A stretch of DNA of 56,867 nucleotides from Candidatus Heimdallarchaeota archaeon (GCA_030629105.1 DAOVPS010000001.1:1-56867); one strand, 5' to 3'. Shown: positions 18,136 to 27,914, counted from the stretch's first letter. Program-made: numbers and translations. Notes: generated from the sequence alone by a model not told the origin.

Positions 18136-20271
18136 GTGAATATAGTGTTGGAAGATAAGAAAAGATATCTAATAACTAGCGCCTTGCCTTATGTCAACAC
18201 TGTGAAACATCTCGGGAACTTAGTTTCCTCGTTATTGCCTGCTGATATTTTAGCAAGATATCTTAGGCAAAGAGGAGAAGAAGTTCTAGCAGTATGTGGA
18301 ACAGACGATCATGGTACACCCGCAGAGGTTTCAGCATTAGAAGCTGGAATGCCAGTAGAAAAATACGTAGAACAAATGTCCGAGAAACAAAAGGACATCT
18401 ATGAGCGATTCGGTCTTTCCTACGACATATTTAGTAGAACACATACACAAGAAAATGCTGAACTAACACAAGATCTCTTTCTTAAATTGCATGAGAAAGG
18501 ACATATCAAAGAAAAAGAAGTACAATCCTTGTATTGTATAAATTGCAAAAGAAACTTACCAGATAGATATGTCGTTGGTACCTGTCCTAATTGCAAATAT
18601 GAACATGCTCGTGGAGACCAATGTGAAAATTGCTCTAAAGTATTGGATGGAATCGATTTAATTAATCCAAAGTGTATAATTTGTGGTGAAAGCAACACTG
18701 AAATTAGAAATGAAAAACATCTCTTTCTAGATCTTGGAGGTTTAGAAGGAAAAATCAAAGCATGGGTTGATACACACAAAGATTGGCCAAAAACAACTTT
18801 GTCCATAGCAAATAGTTGGTTAAAAGAAGGTTTGCGACCACGTAGTATATCCAGGAATATTAAATGGGGTATACCAATACCACTTGATGGTCATCGCGAT
18901 AAAGTTTTCTATGTTTGGTTTGATGCCCCAATAGGATATATTTCAATTACAAAGCAATGGGCGAAGCAACAAGGTAAGCCTAAACTTTGGGAGAAATATT
19001 GGAAAGATCCAGATACTTATCTCATTAATTTCATTGGAAAAGACAATGTTCCATTTCATGTAATAACATTTCCAGCAACACTAACTGGTGCCGATGATGG
19101 AATAATTTTAGCTAATTATGTTAAGGCATTCCAATGGTTAAATTATGAAAGATCGAAGTTTTCATCAAGTCAAGGAGTGGGAATATTTACTGATACAGCA
19201 CTGGAATTATACCCAGCAGATTATTGGCGTTACTACATAATGAAGATAGCACCGGAAAGGCATGACACAGATTTTCTTTGGACAGAATTCAGAGATAGCA
19301 TAAATAATGATCTTGCAGATATTCTTGGAAATTTTGTGCACCGAACTTTAACTTTCATTAATAATAATTTTGAAGGGAAAATTCCTGTAAGAAGTAAACT
19401 AGAAAAGGAAGACAAAGATATTCTCTCATTCCTAGAAAAAGCAGCAAAGAAAGCAGATTCCGAAATGAGGAAATTAGAATTCCAAAGGACGCTACTAGCT
19501 ATATTCGATTTTGCTCGGGAATGCAATAAATACTTCCAAAGTAAGAAACCATGGGCTGACGTGAAAAACAAGAATATCAAAAGAGCAGCAACAACTTTGA
19601 GTATTTGTGCTCAATGTAGTCGAGGTTTAGCTGTTTTGTTAGCACCATACATTCCATTTTCTACGGAAGAAATCTTTGAACAACTAAATCTAAAGGAAAA
19701 TATTCACAAGCAATCATGGTTCTCAGTAACAGAGGAAATCCTTGATGGTCATAAAGTGAAACAAGATATTCACCCAATTTTCAAGAAGATAGAGCTTGAA
19801 GAGATAATTGAACTTGGATTAAAGTGGGGAAGTGAATCTATTAAAGAACTCCTAGAGAAGAATCCAAATCTTGATCCTTTGAAAAAGAAGAAAAAACAGG
19901 CCCCTAAAAAAGAAGAACAAAAGAAGAAGGTAGAAAAAGTGACAAAAGAGTTAATTTCGTATAAAGAATTCCAAAAACTCGATTTAAGAGTTGGAACAAT
20001 CAAGACGATAGAGCCGATAAAAGATGCAAATAAACTAGTAAAAATCATTGTTGACATTGGAACTGAAGAAAGGCAGATTGTCGCAGGCATTGCAGAACGA
20101 TACAAACCAGAGGAATTAATTGGAAAACAAATTATTATCATTGTTAACCTAGAACCAGCTAAAATAAGAGGAGTTGAATCTAATGGCATGCTGTTAGCAG
20201 CAGATGCTGATCCAGAGATTTCAGTACTCATTCCTCTTAGAAAAGTTCCCAATGGCTCAAAAGTAAGATAA
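18136..20271 (+). CDS. metG: methionine--tRNA ligase with a C-terminal Trbp111/EMAPII-like tRNA-binding domain
   Basis: HIGH-type ITSALPYVNTVKHLGN and KMSKS-type KFSSSQG. Zinc knuckles CINC...CPNC and CENC...CIIC. C-terminal LDLRVGTI...GVESNGMLLAA OB fold. The start is GTG 18136 or GTG 18145. Confidence 0.95.
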   Translation: MNIVLEDKKRYLITSALPYVNTVKHLGNLVSSLLPADILARYLRQRGEEVLAVCGTDDHGTPAEVSALEAGMPVEKYVEQMSEKQKDIYERFGLSYDIFSRTHTQENAELTQDLFLKLHEKGHIKEKEVQSLYCINCKRNLPDRYVVGTCPNCKYEHARGDQCENCSKVLDGIDLINPKCIICGESNTEIRNEKHLFLDLGGLEGKIKAWVDTHKDWPKTTLSIANSWLKEGLRPRSISRNIKWGIPIPLDGHRDKVFYVWFDAPIGYISITKQWAKQQGKPKLWEKYWKDPDTYLINFIGKDNVPFHVITFPATLTGADDGIILANYVKAFQWLNYERSKFSSSQGVGIFTDTALELYPADYWRYYIMKIAPERHDTDFLWTEFRDSINNDLADILGNFVHRTLTFINNNFEGKIPVRSKLEKEDKDILSFLEKAAKKADSEMRKLEFQRTLLAIFDFARECNKYFQSKKPWADVKNKNIKRAATTLSICAQCSRGLAVLLAPYIPFSTEEIFEQLNLKENIHKQSWFSVTEEILDGHKVKQDIHPIFKKIELEEIIELGLKWGSESIKELLEKNPNLDPLKKKKKQAPKKEEQKKKVEKVTKELISYKEFQKLDLRVGTIKTIEPIKDANKLVKIIVDIGTEERQIVAGIAERYKPEELIGKQIIIIVNLEPAKIRGVESNGMLLAADADPEISVLIPLRKVPNGSKVR

Positions 20272-20340
20272 AAACACAATAATTACAAAGAAATCATCTA
20301 AATAAACAATGTAAAAGTTAATAGCTTTTACATTTTCCTT

Positions 20341-20601
20341 CTATTTAACTAATGAGAGGAGGATTAATGCGGCAATAACACCTCTTCTAGCTAATTCAAT
20401 CTTAAAAGGATCCCTTTCAAGTACATCACATAAAGCTTTCCAGCGAACAACTGTTTCAAAACTTGCAGGATATTTACTTAAACAAAAAATCGCTGCAACA
20501 ATCCCCTTATCTTTCTCCTCTCTAAATTGTCTTTGAGTTAGAAGATCGTAAAATGTTTTCCAACGGATAGCAGCATCTAATTCGGGAATTCTTCTAGCCA
20601 T
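20341..20601 (-). CDS. small helical protein with an internal tandem duplication
   Basis: 86 aa with two ~40-aa repeats: AAIRWKTFYDLLTQRQFREEKDKGIVAAIFCLS and TVVRWKALCDVLERDPFKIELARRGVIAALILLS. Divergent from the E2 gene. No family recognised. Confidence 0.45.
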   Translation of the reverse strand: MARRIPELDAAIRWKTFYDLLTQRQFREEKDKGIVAAIFCLSKYPASFETVVRWKALCDVLERDPFKIELARRGVIAALILLSLVK

Positions 20602-20866
20602 GTCGCTTCAACCTGATTTTTCTGGTTCTTTTTCTATCCTATTATTAATATTTAATTATTCAAAAAGTCTTTCGATGTAAGATTGTTTCATAAAGAAATA
20701 CGAAGTTGAGTTAATAAATCTAATTTTAGGAGTAAAATCTTAAGAAATTCATTTCAGTTATTCCGAAAAGCTTTCAAATCAGTTTACATTTTGAAAATTA
20801 CCTAGATAACAAAAGAATAATACTAGTATCTGAAATTATAGATAGAAATCTCAGAAGATGAAATAA

Positions 20867-21334
20867 ATGGAACTCAGCGAAGACGATTTTTGGGCGAGAT
20901 TAGCAATTGAAGCAGGTGAAATGAAGAAAGAACAACCGAACTTCACGCCAGTAAACGGTGATACTAGAGTATGGAGAGGATTCCTCATAGGAACAGGAAT
21001 TTATTCCGGAGGAGTGTTCCAATTTGAATTACGATTACCAAGATCGTTTCCATTTAAACCACCAAAAGGGAAAGCCATAACACCAATATGGCATCCAAAT
21101 ATTTTCAAAGAACGTATTTGTATTGGGATTTTAGGAAAAGATTGGACTCCTGCAAGTAATCTTGTAGATATAGTTGAGTCTCTAAGATTTTTGTTGTCAA
21201 ATCCAAATCCGGATGATCCATTAAATACAACTGCAGCAAAGGAATTCAAAAATAATCGAAAAGAGTTCGAAAGAAAAGCGAAGCAGTATATTGAAAAGTA
21301 CGCGACTTGGGATAATCTCGCAAGCGGTACTTAA
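20867..21334 (+). CDS. ubiquitin-conjugating enzyme E2 (UBC fold)
   Basis: HPN-Cys active-site block ITPIWHPNIFKERICIGIL, followed by WTPASNLVDIVESLRFLLSNPNPDDPLN. Confidence 0.9.
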   Translation: MELSEDDFWARLAIEAGEMKKEQPNFTPVNGDTRVWRGFLIGTGIYSGGVFQFELRLPRSFPFKPPKGKAITPIWHPNIFKERICIGILGKDWTPASNLVDIVESLRFLLSNPNPDDPLNTTAAKEFKNNRKEFERKAKQYIEKYATWDNLASGT

Positions 21335-21733
21335 TTCATTTTTCTCCTTTGAGTCGAAAGAAAATCATTATGAAATTTTTTTCAATTCTTTTTTGCCTCT
21401 TTCTAAACCCATTTTATAAGGGAAGGTTCTATTTTAAATGGGAAATCTCACTCCTGATAATGCAATAATAGTCAGCAAGTATTAATCTCCCATCCGCTCT
21501 TTGAGAGATAATCGCTTTTAGGATCGCGACATGCGTTTGGGGTGGTCTTTCCCGCAATTCTCATATGAATTGTAAAAACAAAAAATAGTATGATATCTCT
21601 CAAAAAAAGCGGCACAGAATATTTTAGAGAAAAGTTTTGATTCTTCCTACCCAATTCATTTTGTTATAAATAACTTGGAAAGATTTATTTGTAAAACGAT
21701 TATCCCTAAACCATACTATCTTGGTGTTAGAAA

Positions 21734-22294
21734 ATGACTAACCTCTGGACTGATGTAAAAACAGGACCTAATCCACCCGAAGTCGTGTATAGTGTAATTG
21801 AATCTCCTAAAGGTTCGAAGAATAAATTTGAATTTGATAAAGAAATTATGGCAATTTATCTTGATAGAGTATTATATTCTTCTGTGGTTTTTCCAATTTC
21901 TTATGGTTTTATACCTAGAACTTTGGGAGACGACAAAGATCCTTTAGACATCATGGTTTTAATAACAGAACCAACATTTCCTGGATGTTTAGTCTCAGCT
22001 AGACCCATTGGTGTCTTACGTATGAAAGACGAAATGGGGAATGATGATAAAATTATAGCTGTAGCAGATACTGACCCAAGACTTGCAGAAGCAAAGGATT
22101 TAGATTGGATTCCAAAACATCAACTATTAGAAATCAAACAGTTCTTTACAGATTATAAGAAATTAGAAAAAGGTAAGAAAACTGAAGTGTTAGGATGGGA
22201 AGATAAGGCTTCAGCTTATGAAATTATAAATCAATCCATCAAATTATTCAGAGAGAAATATTTCTTAATAATGAACAAGAAGCTTGAGAAGTAA
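21734..22294 (+). CDS. ppa: inorganic pyrophosphatase, family I
   Basis: ESPKGSKNKFEFD, YGFIPRTLGDDKDPLDIMVL and DDKIIAV. Confidence 0.9.
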   Translation: MTNLWTDVKTGPNPPEVVYSVIESPKGSKNKFEFDKEIMAIYLDRVLYSSVVFPISYGFIPRTLGDDKDPLDIMVLITEPTFPGCLVSARPIGVLRMKDEMGNDDKIIAVADTDPRLAEAKDLDWIPKHQLLEIKQFFTDYKKLEKGKKTEVLGWEDKASAYEIINQSIKLFREKYFLIMNKKLEK

Positions 22295-22379
22295 AGCTTA
22301 ATGCAATTTAGATTGTGTGTGTGTTTTTTCATTAAATACCTCTTCAATAAAATTAAAGAGGTACCATAATCTGAAAAAC

Positions 22380-23339
22380 ATGGTTATTATGATAGGTGCT
22401 GAAAACCTAACAAAATACTATGGTGACTTTTTAGCTGTTGATCATATAAATTTCGAGATTAAGGAAGGAGAAATTTTTGGATTTTTAGGACCAAATGGTG
22501 CAGGTAAAACAACTACAATACGCATGCTTGCTGCAATTTTCCCTCCAACAGAAGGTTCTGCTAGTGTTGCCGGTTTTGATATCAACGAAGATGCTATGTC
22601 TGTTAGAGCCAATGTAGGAATTCTTTCTGAGAATCCGAGTCTCTATGAAAGATTATCCGCTCGAGCGAATCTAGAATTCTTTGCTAAACTTTATGATGTT
22701 CCTAAAGATCAAATTAACACGCGAATCGAATTTTTAGGCGATTTATTTGACTTAAAAACCAGATTAGATGAAAGAGTAGGAACTTACTCTAAAGGCATGA
22801 AACAGAAATTAGCTATTGCCCGAGCTTTAATACATGACCCAAAAGTACTTTTCTTGGATGAGCCAACATCTGCTTTATCCCCTGAAGCATCTAAATCTAT
22901 CCGAGATCTATTAACTGATTTAGCTAAAGATAGATCAAGAACTATTTGTATATGCACACATAATTTATTTGATGCAGAGAGACTATGTGATCGTGTTGCT
23001 ATCATAAGAGAAGGGAAAATACTAACTATAGGATCACCCGGAGAAATAAGCAATAACTATTCTGGTCCACCCACTATTCAGATTAGTTTTTCCAAATTAA
23101 ATAAGGAGCTTGTTACATCAATTTCTAAATCAGAGGGAGTTATTTCAGTAGAACAACATTCTGTTAAAAACGAAGTTTCAATTAAATTAGAGAATCATGA
23201 GAAACATACTCCATTAATAATCGCTGATCTCATATCGAGGAAAGCTCAAATCTTAGAAGTAAAACCAATCTATGCTTCCCTTGAAGAAGCCTATCTAAAA
23301 CTCATAGAGGAGGATATTATTAATGGGTTTGAGACTTAG
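22380..23339 (+). CDS. ABC transporter ATP-binding protein
   Basis: Walker A GPNGAGKTT, signature YSKGMKQKLAIARAL, Walker B VLFLDEPTSAL and H-loop CTHN. ATG 22380 is preferred over the upstream extension from 22317. Confidence 0.9.
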   Translation: MVIMIGAENLTKYYGDFLAVDHINFEIKEGEIFGFLGPNGAGKTTTIRMLAAIFPPTEGSASVAGFDINEDAMSVRANVGILSENPSLYERLSARANLEFFAKLYDVPKDQINTRIEFLGDLFDLKTRLDERVGTYSKGMKQKLAIARALIHDPKVLFLDEPTSALSPEASKSIRDLLTDLAKDRSRTICICTHNLFDAERLCDRVAIIREGKILTIGSPGEISNNYSGPPTIQISFSKLNKELVTSISKSEGVISVEQHSVKNEVSIKLENHEKHTPLIIADLISRKAQILEVKPIYASLEEAYLKLIEEDIINGFET

Positions 23340-24135
23340 GAAAGCTTTCCTCTTAACTCGAAAAGAGCTCAAAGAATCACTAAAGAGCAAGGAAGTGATT
23401 CTAATTATCACTCTTATGCCACTTATGTTTGCAGTGATTATGCCGTTATGTATACCTCTTGTAAATTTTACAGTTCCAACGGAGGTATTTACTGAAGATG
23501 ATTTTGAATCCTTCCCAGCACTTGTTCCATATTGGGATGAATTAGATTCCAAAGGGCGTTTCTTGATTTTCTTTACAATGATATTTTTTGAATCATTCTT
23601 ATTACTACCCATGATTTTACCTATGGCAATAGCAGGGGATTCGATAGCAGGGGAAAGAGAAAGAAAAACAATCGAATCATTAATTGCGTCACCTCTGACT
23701 ACTGAAGAAATATTACTTGGAAAATTGATGACAACAATGATTCCCTCTGTTCTAATTACATGGTTTTCTGGGATAATTTTCATGGTAATAGCAGATTTAT
23801 CCCTTTATGGCGTAATCGGTAGATTAGTTTTTCCAAATATGATGTCATCTGTTTTGTTATTTGGTCTTTCACCATTTTTCTCCTTGATTACGACACAAAC
23901 AATGATTATTGTATCTACTAGAGCAAGTGGTATGAGGGAAGCTCAACAACTAGGAAGTTTAGTAGTAATTCCTCTATATCTCTTTATTCTAGGGGAGACA
24001 GCCCTTCTAGTGTTGTTAAAAGCTTATTGGACTGCTGTAACTTCTTCCATTTTGTTACTGTGTACAATTTTGCTTTTGCTTATTAATTTGAAGATTTTTG
24101 ATAGAGAATACATGATTGCGAGTGTAAGGGGTTAA
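23323..24135 (+). CDS. ABC-2 type permease
   Basis: Six hydrophobic helices and the motif IAGERERKTIESLIASPLT. The start overlaps the ATPase gene by 17 nt. Confidence 0.75.
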   Translation: MGLRLRKAFLLTRKELKESLKSKEVILIITLMPLMFAVIMPLCIPLVNFTVPTEVFTEDDFESFPALVPYWDELDSKGRFLIFFTMIFFESFLLLPMILPMAIAGDSIAGERERKTIESLIASPLTTEEILLGKLMTTMIPSVLITWFSGIIFMVIADLSLYGVIGRLVFPNMMSSVLLFGLSPFFSLITTQTMIIVSTRASGMREAQQLGSLVVIPLYLFILGETALLVLLKAYWTAVTSSILLLCTILLLLINLKIFDREYMIASVRG

Positions 24136-24137
24136 AA

Positions 24138-24968
24138 ATGGTCAAAGAATTCTTCAAAAAAATACGGAAAGATAAAGTCAATATCATTTTTCGAAAAGAG
24201 GTTAAGGAATTACTGAAAAATAAAGAGATTCTCGTTACTGTTATTATTATGCCAATCATATTTTCATTACTTATACCAATAAGTATGATTACTTTGAATT
24301 TTGCAGAAGGTCAAGAGATTCCGGAAAGTGATCAAGTTCCGGAAATTTTCCGCAATCTTGCTTCTTTTTGGGATGAAAGTACTGATCTCCAAAAAGTTTC
24401 TATTGTTCAAGCAAATCTTTACTTAGCTTTTCTCATCATGATACCAATGATGGTTCCTATGGCCTTATCAAGTGATAGCATTGCAGGTGAAAAAGAAAGA
24501 AAAACAATTGAGGGATTATTAGCAGCACCAATTACCAAAGAAGAAATTCTAATTGGGAAAGCGCTTGCTGCAGCTGTACCTTCTATTGTCATTTCTTGGA
24601 TTGCAGAGATAATTTATATTATTTCCACAGACATTATACTCCACAATATTATGGGTAGAATAATTCTGCCTAATCTTTTTGCGGCTATTATGTTCATCTT
24701 TTTAATGCCAACCCAGACATTATTATCAACTTTACTTATGACGTCATTTTCAAGCAAAGCAAGAGGATCAAGAGAAGCTTTACAGAAGAGCGGATTTTTC
24801 GCAATACCTATCATTTTTATAGTTTCAGCTTTGATTTTTCTCCCATTATTAGTTCATCCTTCATTGACACTTGTTTCTGAAGTTGTTTTGATACTACTAA
24901 TGATCATTATCTTGAGAAGAGCAACAAAGAATTTTAATAGAAATAAACTGCTATCAGTAGGAAGTTAA
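24138..24968 (+). CDS. ABC-2 type permease (paralog of the upstream gene)
   Basis: Same architecture, with the motif IAGEKERKTIEGLLAAPIT. Starts 3 nt after the previous stop. Confidence 0.75.
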   Translation: MVKEFFKKIRKDKVNIIFRKEVKELLKNKEILVTVIIMPIIFSLLIPISMITLNFAEGQEIPESDQVPEIFRNLASFWDESTDLQKVSIVQANLYLAFLIMIPMMVPMALSSDSIAGEKERKTIEGLLAAPITKEEILIGKALAAAVPSIVISWIAEIIYIISTDIILHNIMGRIILPNLFAAIMFIFLMPTQTLLSTLLMTSFSSKARGSREALQKSGFFAIPIIFIVSALIFLPLLVHPSLTLVSEVVLILLMIIILRRATKNFNRNKLLSVGS

Positions 24969-25046
24969 GATAGAGTCAATAGATTTATCAACCAAAAATA
25001 AAACGATTAGAATAAGTGTCTGACAGAATCTTTCGGTGAGCTATCA

Positions 25047-25757
25047 ATGAAAATAGAATTACTGAATCATCCAAACGAAAAGCTTGCAGAAATTGCTATT
25101 AAAATGTGTAGGGGAAAAAAGAGAGTCTCTCTTAGTGAATCTGTTAATGAAGATTTAATAAGAAGAGTTGTAGATTCAGGTCATGAATCCGTCGCAGAAC
25201 ATGTTAATTTTACTTTCAGAATAACAGGTTTAAGTAGAGTTACTTCTCATCAATTCGTTAGACATCGTATAGCATCATATTCCCAAGAAAGTCAAAGATA
25301 TTCAGATCCTTTAGAAGTTAAAGATAAGTATTGGGCAGTTATACCTGATTCAATTCAAGAAAATCCTGAGGCAAAAAAACTAGCTATTGATTTCCTTGAA
25401 GAATCTATAAGAGTAAGAAAGAAAATGGATGAGTTAGGAATAATGCTAGAAGATTCAAGATACTTCTTACCGAATGCTACAAAAACAGCAATGATTGTTA
25501 CAATGAATGCTCGAACACTTTGGAATTTCTTTAATTTTAGAATTTGTAGCAGAGCTCAATGGGAAATTAGACGACTAGCCAAACTGATGTATTATTTGGT
25601 CAATGATGTTGCTCCCGCATTATTTAGCTGGTGGACTCCAAGATGCGAACGTGGTTGCCCTGAAAAATGTGGGGATCCAGTATCAAATGAGATTGAGGAA
25701 GGTACTATCATCACAGGAAAAACCATTGAATATCTACCTAAAGATAAAAGGGATTAG
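25047..25757 (+). CDS. thyX: FAD-dependent thymidylate synthase
   Basis: ThyX motif RHRxxSxxxxSxR, present as RHRIASYSQESQRY. Confidence 0.9.
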   Translation: MKIELLNHPNEKLAEIAIKMCRGKKRVSLSESVNEDLIRRVVDSGHESVAEHVNFTFRITGLSRVTSHQFVRHRIASYSQESQRYSDPLEVKDKYWAVIPDSIQENPEAKKLAIDFLEESIRVRKKMDELGIMLEDSRYFLPNATKTAMIVTMNARTLWNFFNFRICSRAQWEIRRLAKLMYYLVNDVAPALFSWWTPRCERGCPEKCGDPVSNEIEEGTIITGKTIEYLPKDKRD

Positions 25758-25764
25758 TGTTTTT

Positions 25765-27453
25765 TTAAATTTCAAAGTCTTCTTCAGAAACAATCCAATG
25801 ACCATTATTCCATCTATTCTCATTTATTTTATCTCTTTTCTTCTGTATCACAGGTTTTCCCACAATAATTTGAGTATTAATGCTGTCTGGCAAAAGCCCA
25901 TTAAATAAATCCGCTAGTTCCATAGTAATTGAAGAAGGAAGCTTTGATAATAACAATAAACCATTGAAAGTACCTTTGATTTCTCCACAATAAACATGTG
26001 GTAGATAATAACTGAATTTTATTAGTCGCTCTTGTAAATATCTATGATTTTTACTTTTTTTATTAGGATTAATTTCAACAAAAGCTGACAGCTCTCCATC
26101 GCTTCTTGGTAAGACAACTTGAATATTCTCAAAAATAAGATTATTAGCAAATAGTTTCTTTATGCGTTGAGATATTTCATTCATATCCTTCTTAATATTT
26201 TTCTGAATGATTCGTCGATTGTAAATTCCAAACATAAATTGGTTTAGAATTTTTAGATCTAAGATATCTATATTTTCTTGTTGACTTTCCATAATTCTTG
26301 TCGAAACGATTATGTTTTCTAATGTTTTTGCTTGATTTCTATTTACCTCAAAAGAATCACTATCAAATAAGTCGCTTTCAATTGCAACGTCATTCAAATT
26401 AAAATCCAATGATTTTGTTTTTGCATTGAAATATTTTAGCCAATAACTTCTGAATAATGGAAGTAATTCAAAAACAAAAAAATCGACAATATGATTTTTC
26501 TTTTCTAATTTTTGGCAATAATTAATCAATAGATTATAGTATTCTTTTGTTTTTGGTCCTACATAATGTTGATTGATAACACATGTGTTTAGACAATTAT
26601 ATTTATGAGAATATAGAAATGGATTTTTGATAGGTGTTTTATAATAAGCTCTTTGTTTTTTTGTACAAATCAAAAGTACTATATATTGTGATAATCCTAA
26701 TGCGCGATAATTCACAAAATAATAATGCTGTAGAATATTCATATCTAATAGTTTCTTTACTGTTTTAGCTATTGTGTTGTGATGAAAAGGAAGATTCTTC
26801 TCAAGTTCTTTAGTTTTAGAAGTTTGCTTTATTAATGCTACATTCATTATGTCGACAGCTTTATTAGAAATATTTACAGATTTCAAGAAAACATTTGATA
26901 AAATAATTTTCAGCTCATTTGGATCTAAATCATTGACAGGATTACTTCTCAAACTTCTTGTTCTCGATTCTTCATGTTGATATAATGTTTGATACAATCC
27001 TTGCTTAAGAACTTCTATAAGTCCATGTGAACCAGCAGAAGAAATGAGTTTTTTACAAATTTGGATATAATCCAGTAAATCAGAAGATGTTTCTCTCCAT
27101 AGATTTTCCCATTGTTCTTGTTCAATACTTGTTAATTTAACTGAAAGAGGATATGCATTAGCTATTAATCTTACCCACCATGTGTCTCTCACTTGCTTTG
27201 GTGCAAATAATAGCAAAGCTTCACGCCAAAAAATCGCATTTCTATAATGCACATCGTGCAGCAGTTTTTGATTGATAAACAAGGTTTCACCAGAGAATTT
27301 ACTCCACTTACTCTCAACTTCTAGATCGAAGCCAATTCCAGGTTCGACTCTTTTAGGATTATACTTTGTATCATGAAAGTGTTTCTTTATTTTTTTGACT
27401 TTTTCGTATAACTCATTTTCAAGTTGAGTTAAATCACTGGAAATTGTTTCCAT
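25765..27453 (-). CDS. large putative transcription regulator with two Lrp/AsnC-like wHTH modules
   Basis: LEKNLPFHHNTIAKTVKKLLDMNILQHYYFVNYRALGLSQYIVLLIC and LDLKILNQF...ISQRIKKLFANNLIFENIQVVLP..GELSAFVEIN each look like an HTH followed by a RAM-like strand. The ~200-aa N-terminal region is unassigned. Confidence 0.45.
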   Translation of the reverse strand: METISSDLTQLENELYEKVKKIKKHFHDTKYNPKRVEPGIGFDLEVESKWSKFSGETLFINQKLLHDVHYRNAIFWREALLLFAPKQVRDTWWVRLIANAYPLSVKLTSIEQEQWENLWRETSSDLLDYIQICKKLISSAGSHGLIEVLKQGLYQTLYQHEESRTRSLRSNPVNDLDPNELKIILSNVFLKSVNISNKAVDIMNVALIKQTSKTKELEKNLPFHHNTIAKTVKKLLDMNILQHYYFVNYRALGLSQYIVLLICTKKQRAYYKTPIKNPFLYSHKYNCLNTCVINQHYVGPKTKEYYNLLINYCQKLEKKNHIVDFFVFELLPLFRSYWLKYFNAKTKSLDFNLNDVAIESDLFDSDSFEVNRNQAKTLENIIVSTRIMESQQENIDILDLKILNQFMFGIYNRRIIQKNIKKDMNEISQRIKKLFANNLIFENIQVVLPRSDGELSAFVEINPNKKSKNHRYLQERLIKFSYYLPHVYCGEIKGTFNGLLLLSKLPSSITMELADLFNGLLPDSINTQIIVGKPVIQKKRDKINENRWNNGHWIVSEEDFEI

Positions 27454-27707
27454 TTTTTACACTTTCTTTGTTTATTTTTCACGAAAAACGACATTTTTCC
27501 GAAAAAAATTGGAATAACAAAATAGTTTTTTTTCCTAGTATTTGTGCTTATTTGGTTATTATTTAAGGTTTTTATTGAAATACCAGTAACAAAAGAAGGA
27601 TGAAGAAGAAACTAAAACAAAAAAGAAGGTCTAAGAAAACATTTTTTGAGAAAACATCATTACACAGCAAATTATAAATTTATTATAACAATTTATATCC
27701 TATTCAC

Positions 27708-27736
27708 AGTTTTATGGTCTGTAAAACCATAAAACT
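27708..27736. repeat. perfect 11-bp inverted repeat (hairpin) in intergenic DNA
   Basis: AGTTTTATGGT (27708-27718), a 7-nt spacer ctgtaaa, then ACCATAAAACT (27726-27736). Confidence 0.8.
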
Positions 27737-27807
27737 AACTGTTAAAGCAAATCAACCGTCGAATCACTTGGGAAAAGAATGGAAAACTGATGTTTAGGGG
27801 ACATATC

Positions 27808-27844
27808 CCTGACTGTGTCCATAGATTAATGGATATCAGTCAGG
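27808..27844. repeat. 15-bp imperfect palindrome/hairpin in intergenic DNA
   Basis: CCTGACTGTGTCCAT (27808-27822), spacer agatta, then ATGGATATCAGTCAGG (27829-27844). As RNA this gives 15 pairs including one G-U, with one bulged U. It is the most GC-rich stretch of this spacer. Confidence 0.75.
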
Positions 27845-27906
27845 ATCTAATTTTACGAATCTAAATCTTCTTTGTTTTATTTACTTTTAACCAAGTTTTG
27901 CTTTAA

Positions 27907-27914
27907 TTTATAAA
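27907..27914 (+). promoter_or_regulatory. candidate TATA box for the Cys-rich micro-ORF
   Basis: TTTATAAA lies about 49 nt upstream of the ATG at 27963. Confidence 0.3.

Noticed and set aside
19770-20279. 169-aa antisense ORF over the metG 3' end (likewise 18420..18806 and 19233..19580)
   Set aside because: It lies entirely within the strongly supported MetRS frame, and its composition is Ser/Phe-rich shadow.
21472-21654. 60-aa ORF in the spacer downstream of the E2 gene
   Set aside because: It has no start context, an odd composition, and spans the GC-rich patch. I report that patch as a weak ncRNA candidate instead.
23295-23783. 162-aa antisense ORF over the ABC permease
   Set aside because: The sense strand has clear TM helices and an operon structure. 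The antisense product has no motif.
25603-25908. 101-aa + strand ORF spanning the thyX end and the 3' end of the convergent regulator gene
   Set aside because: It overlaps two better-supported genes and has a hydrophobic, low-complexity product.
27600-27677. 25-aa very basic micro-ORF MKKKLKQKRRSKKTFFEKTSLHSKL (a possible L41e-like peptide)
   Set aside because: Only the first half is Arg/Lys-rich. Such ORFs arise easily in A-rich DNA, and it bears no convincing similarity to eL41.
27785-27845. C/D-box sRNA reading of the central hairpin region (CTGATGT ... CTGA)
   Set aside because: The C box is imperfect. No convincing C'/D boxes or terminal D box (the 3' part reads CAGTCAGG, not CTGA) could be found at the proper spacing.
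27759-27861. A possible MITE: the direct repeat CGAATC flanks the 27808-27844 palindrome
   Set aside because: No terminal inverted repeats lie inside the 6-nt repeats, and I noticed no second copy of the element in the window. A 6-mer repeat is expected by chance.
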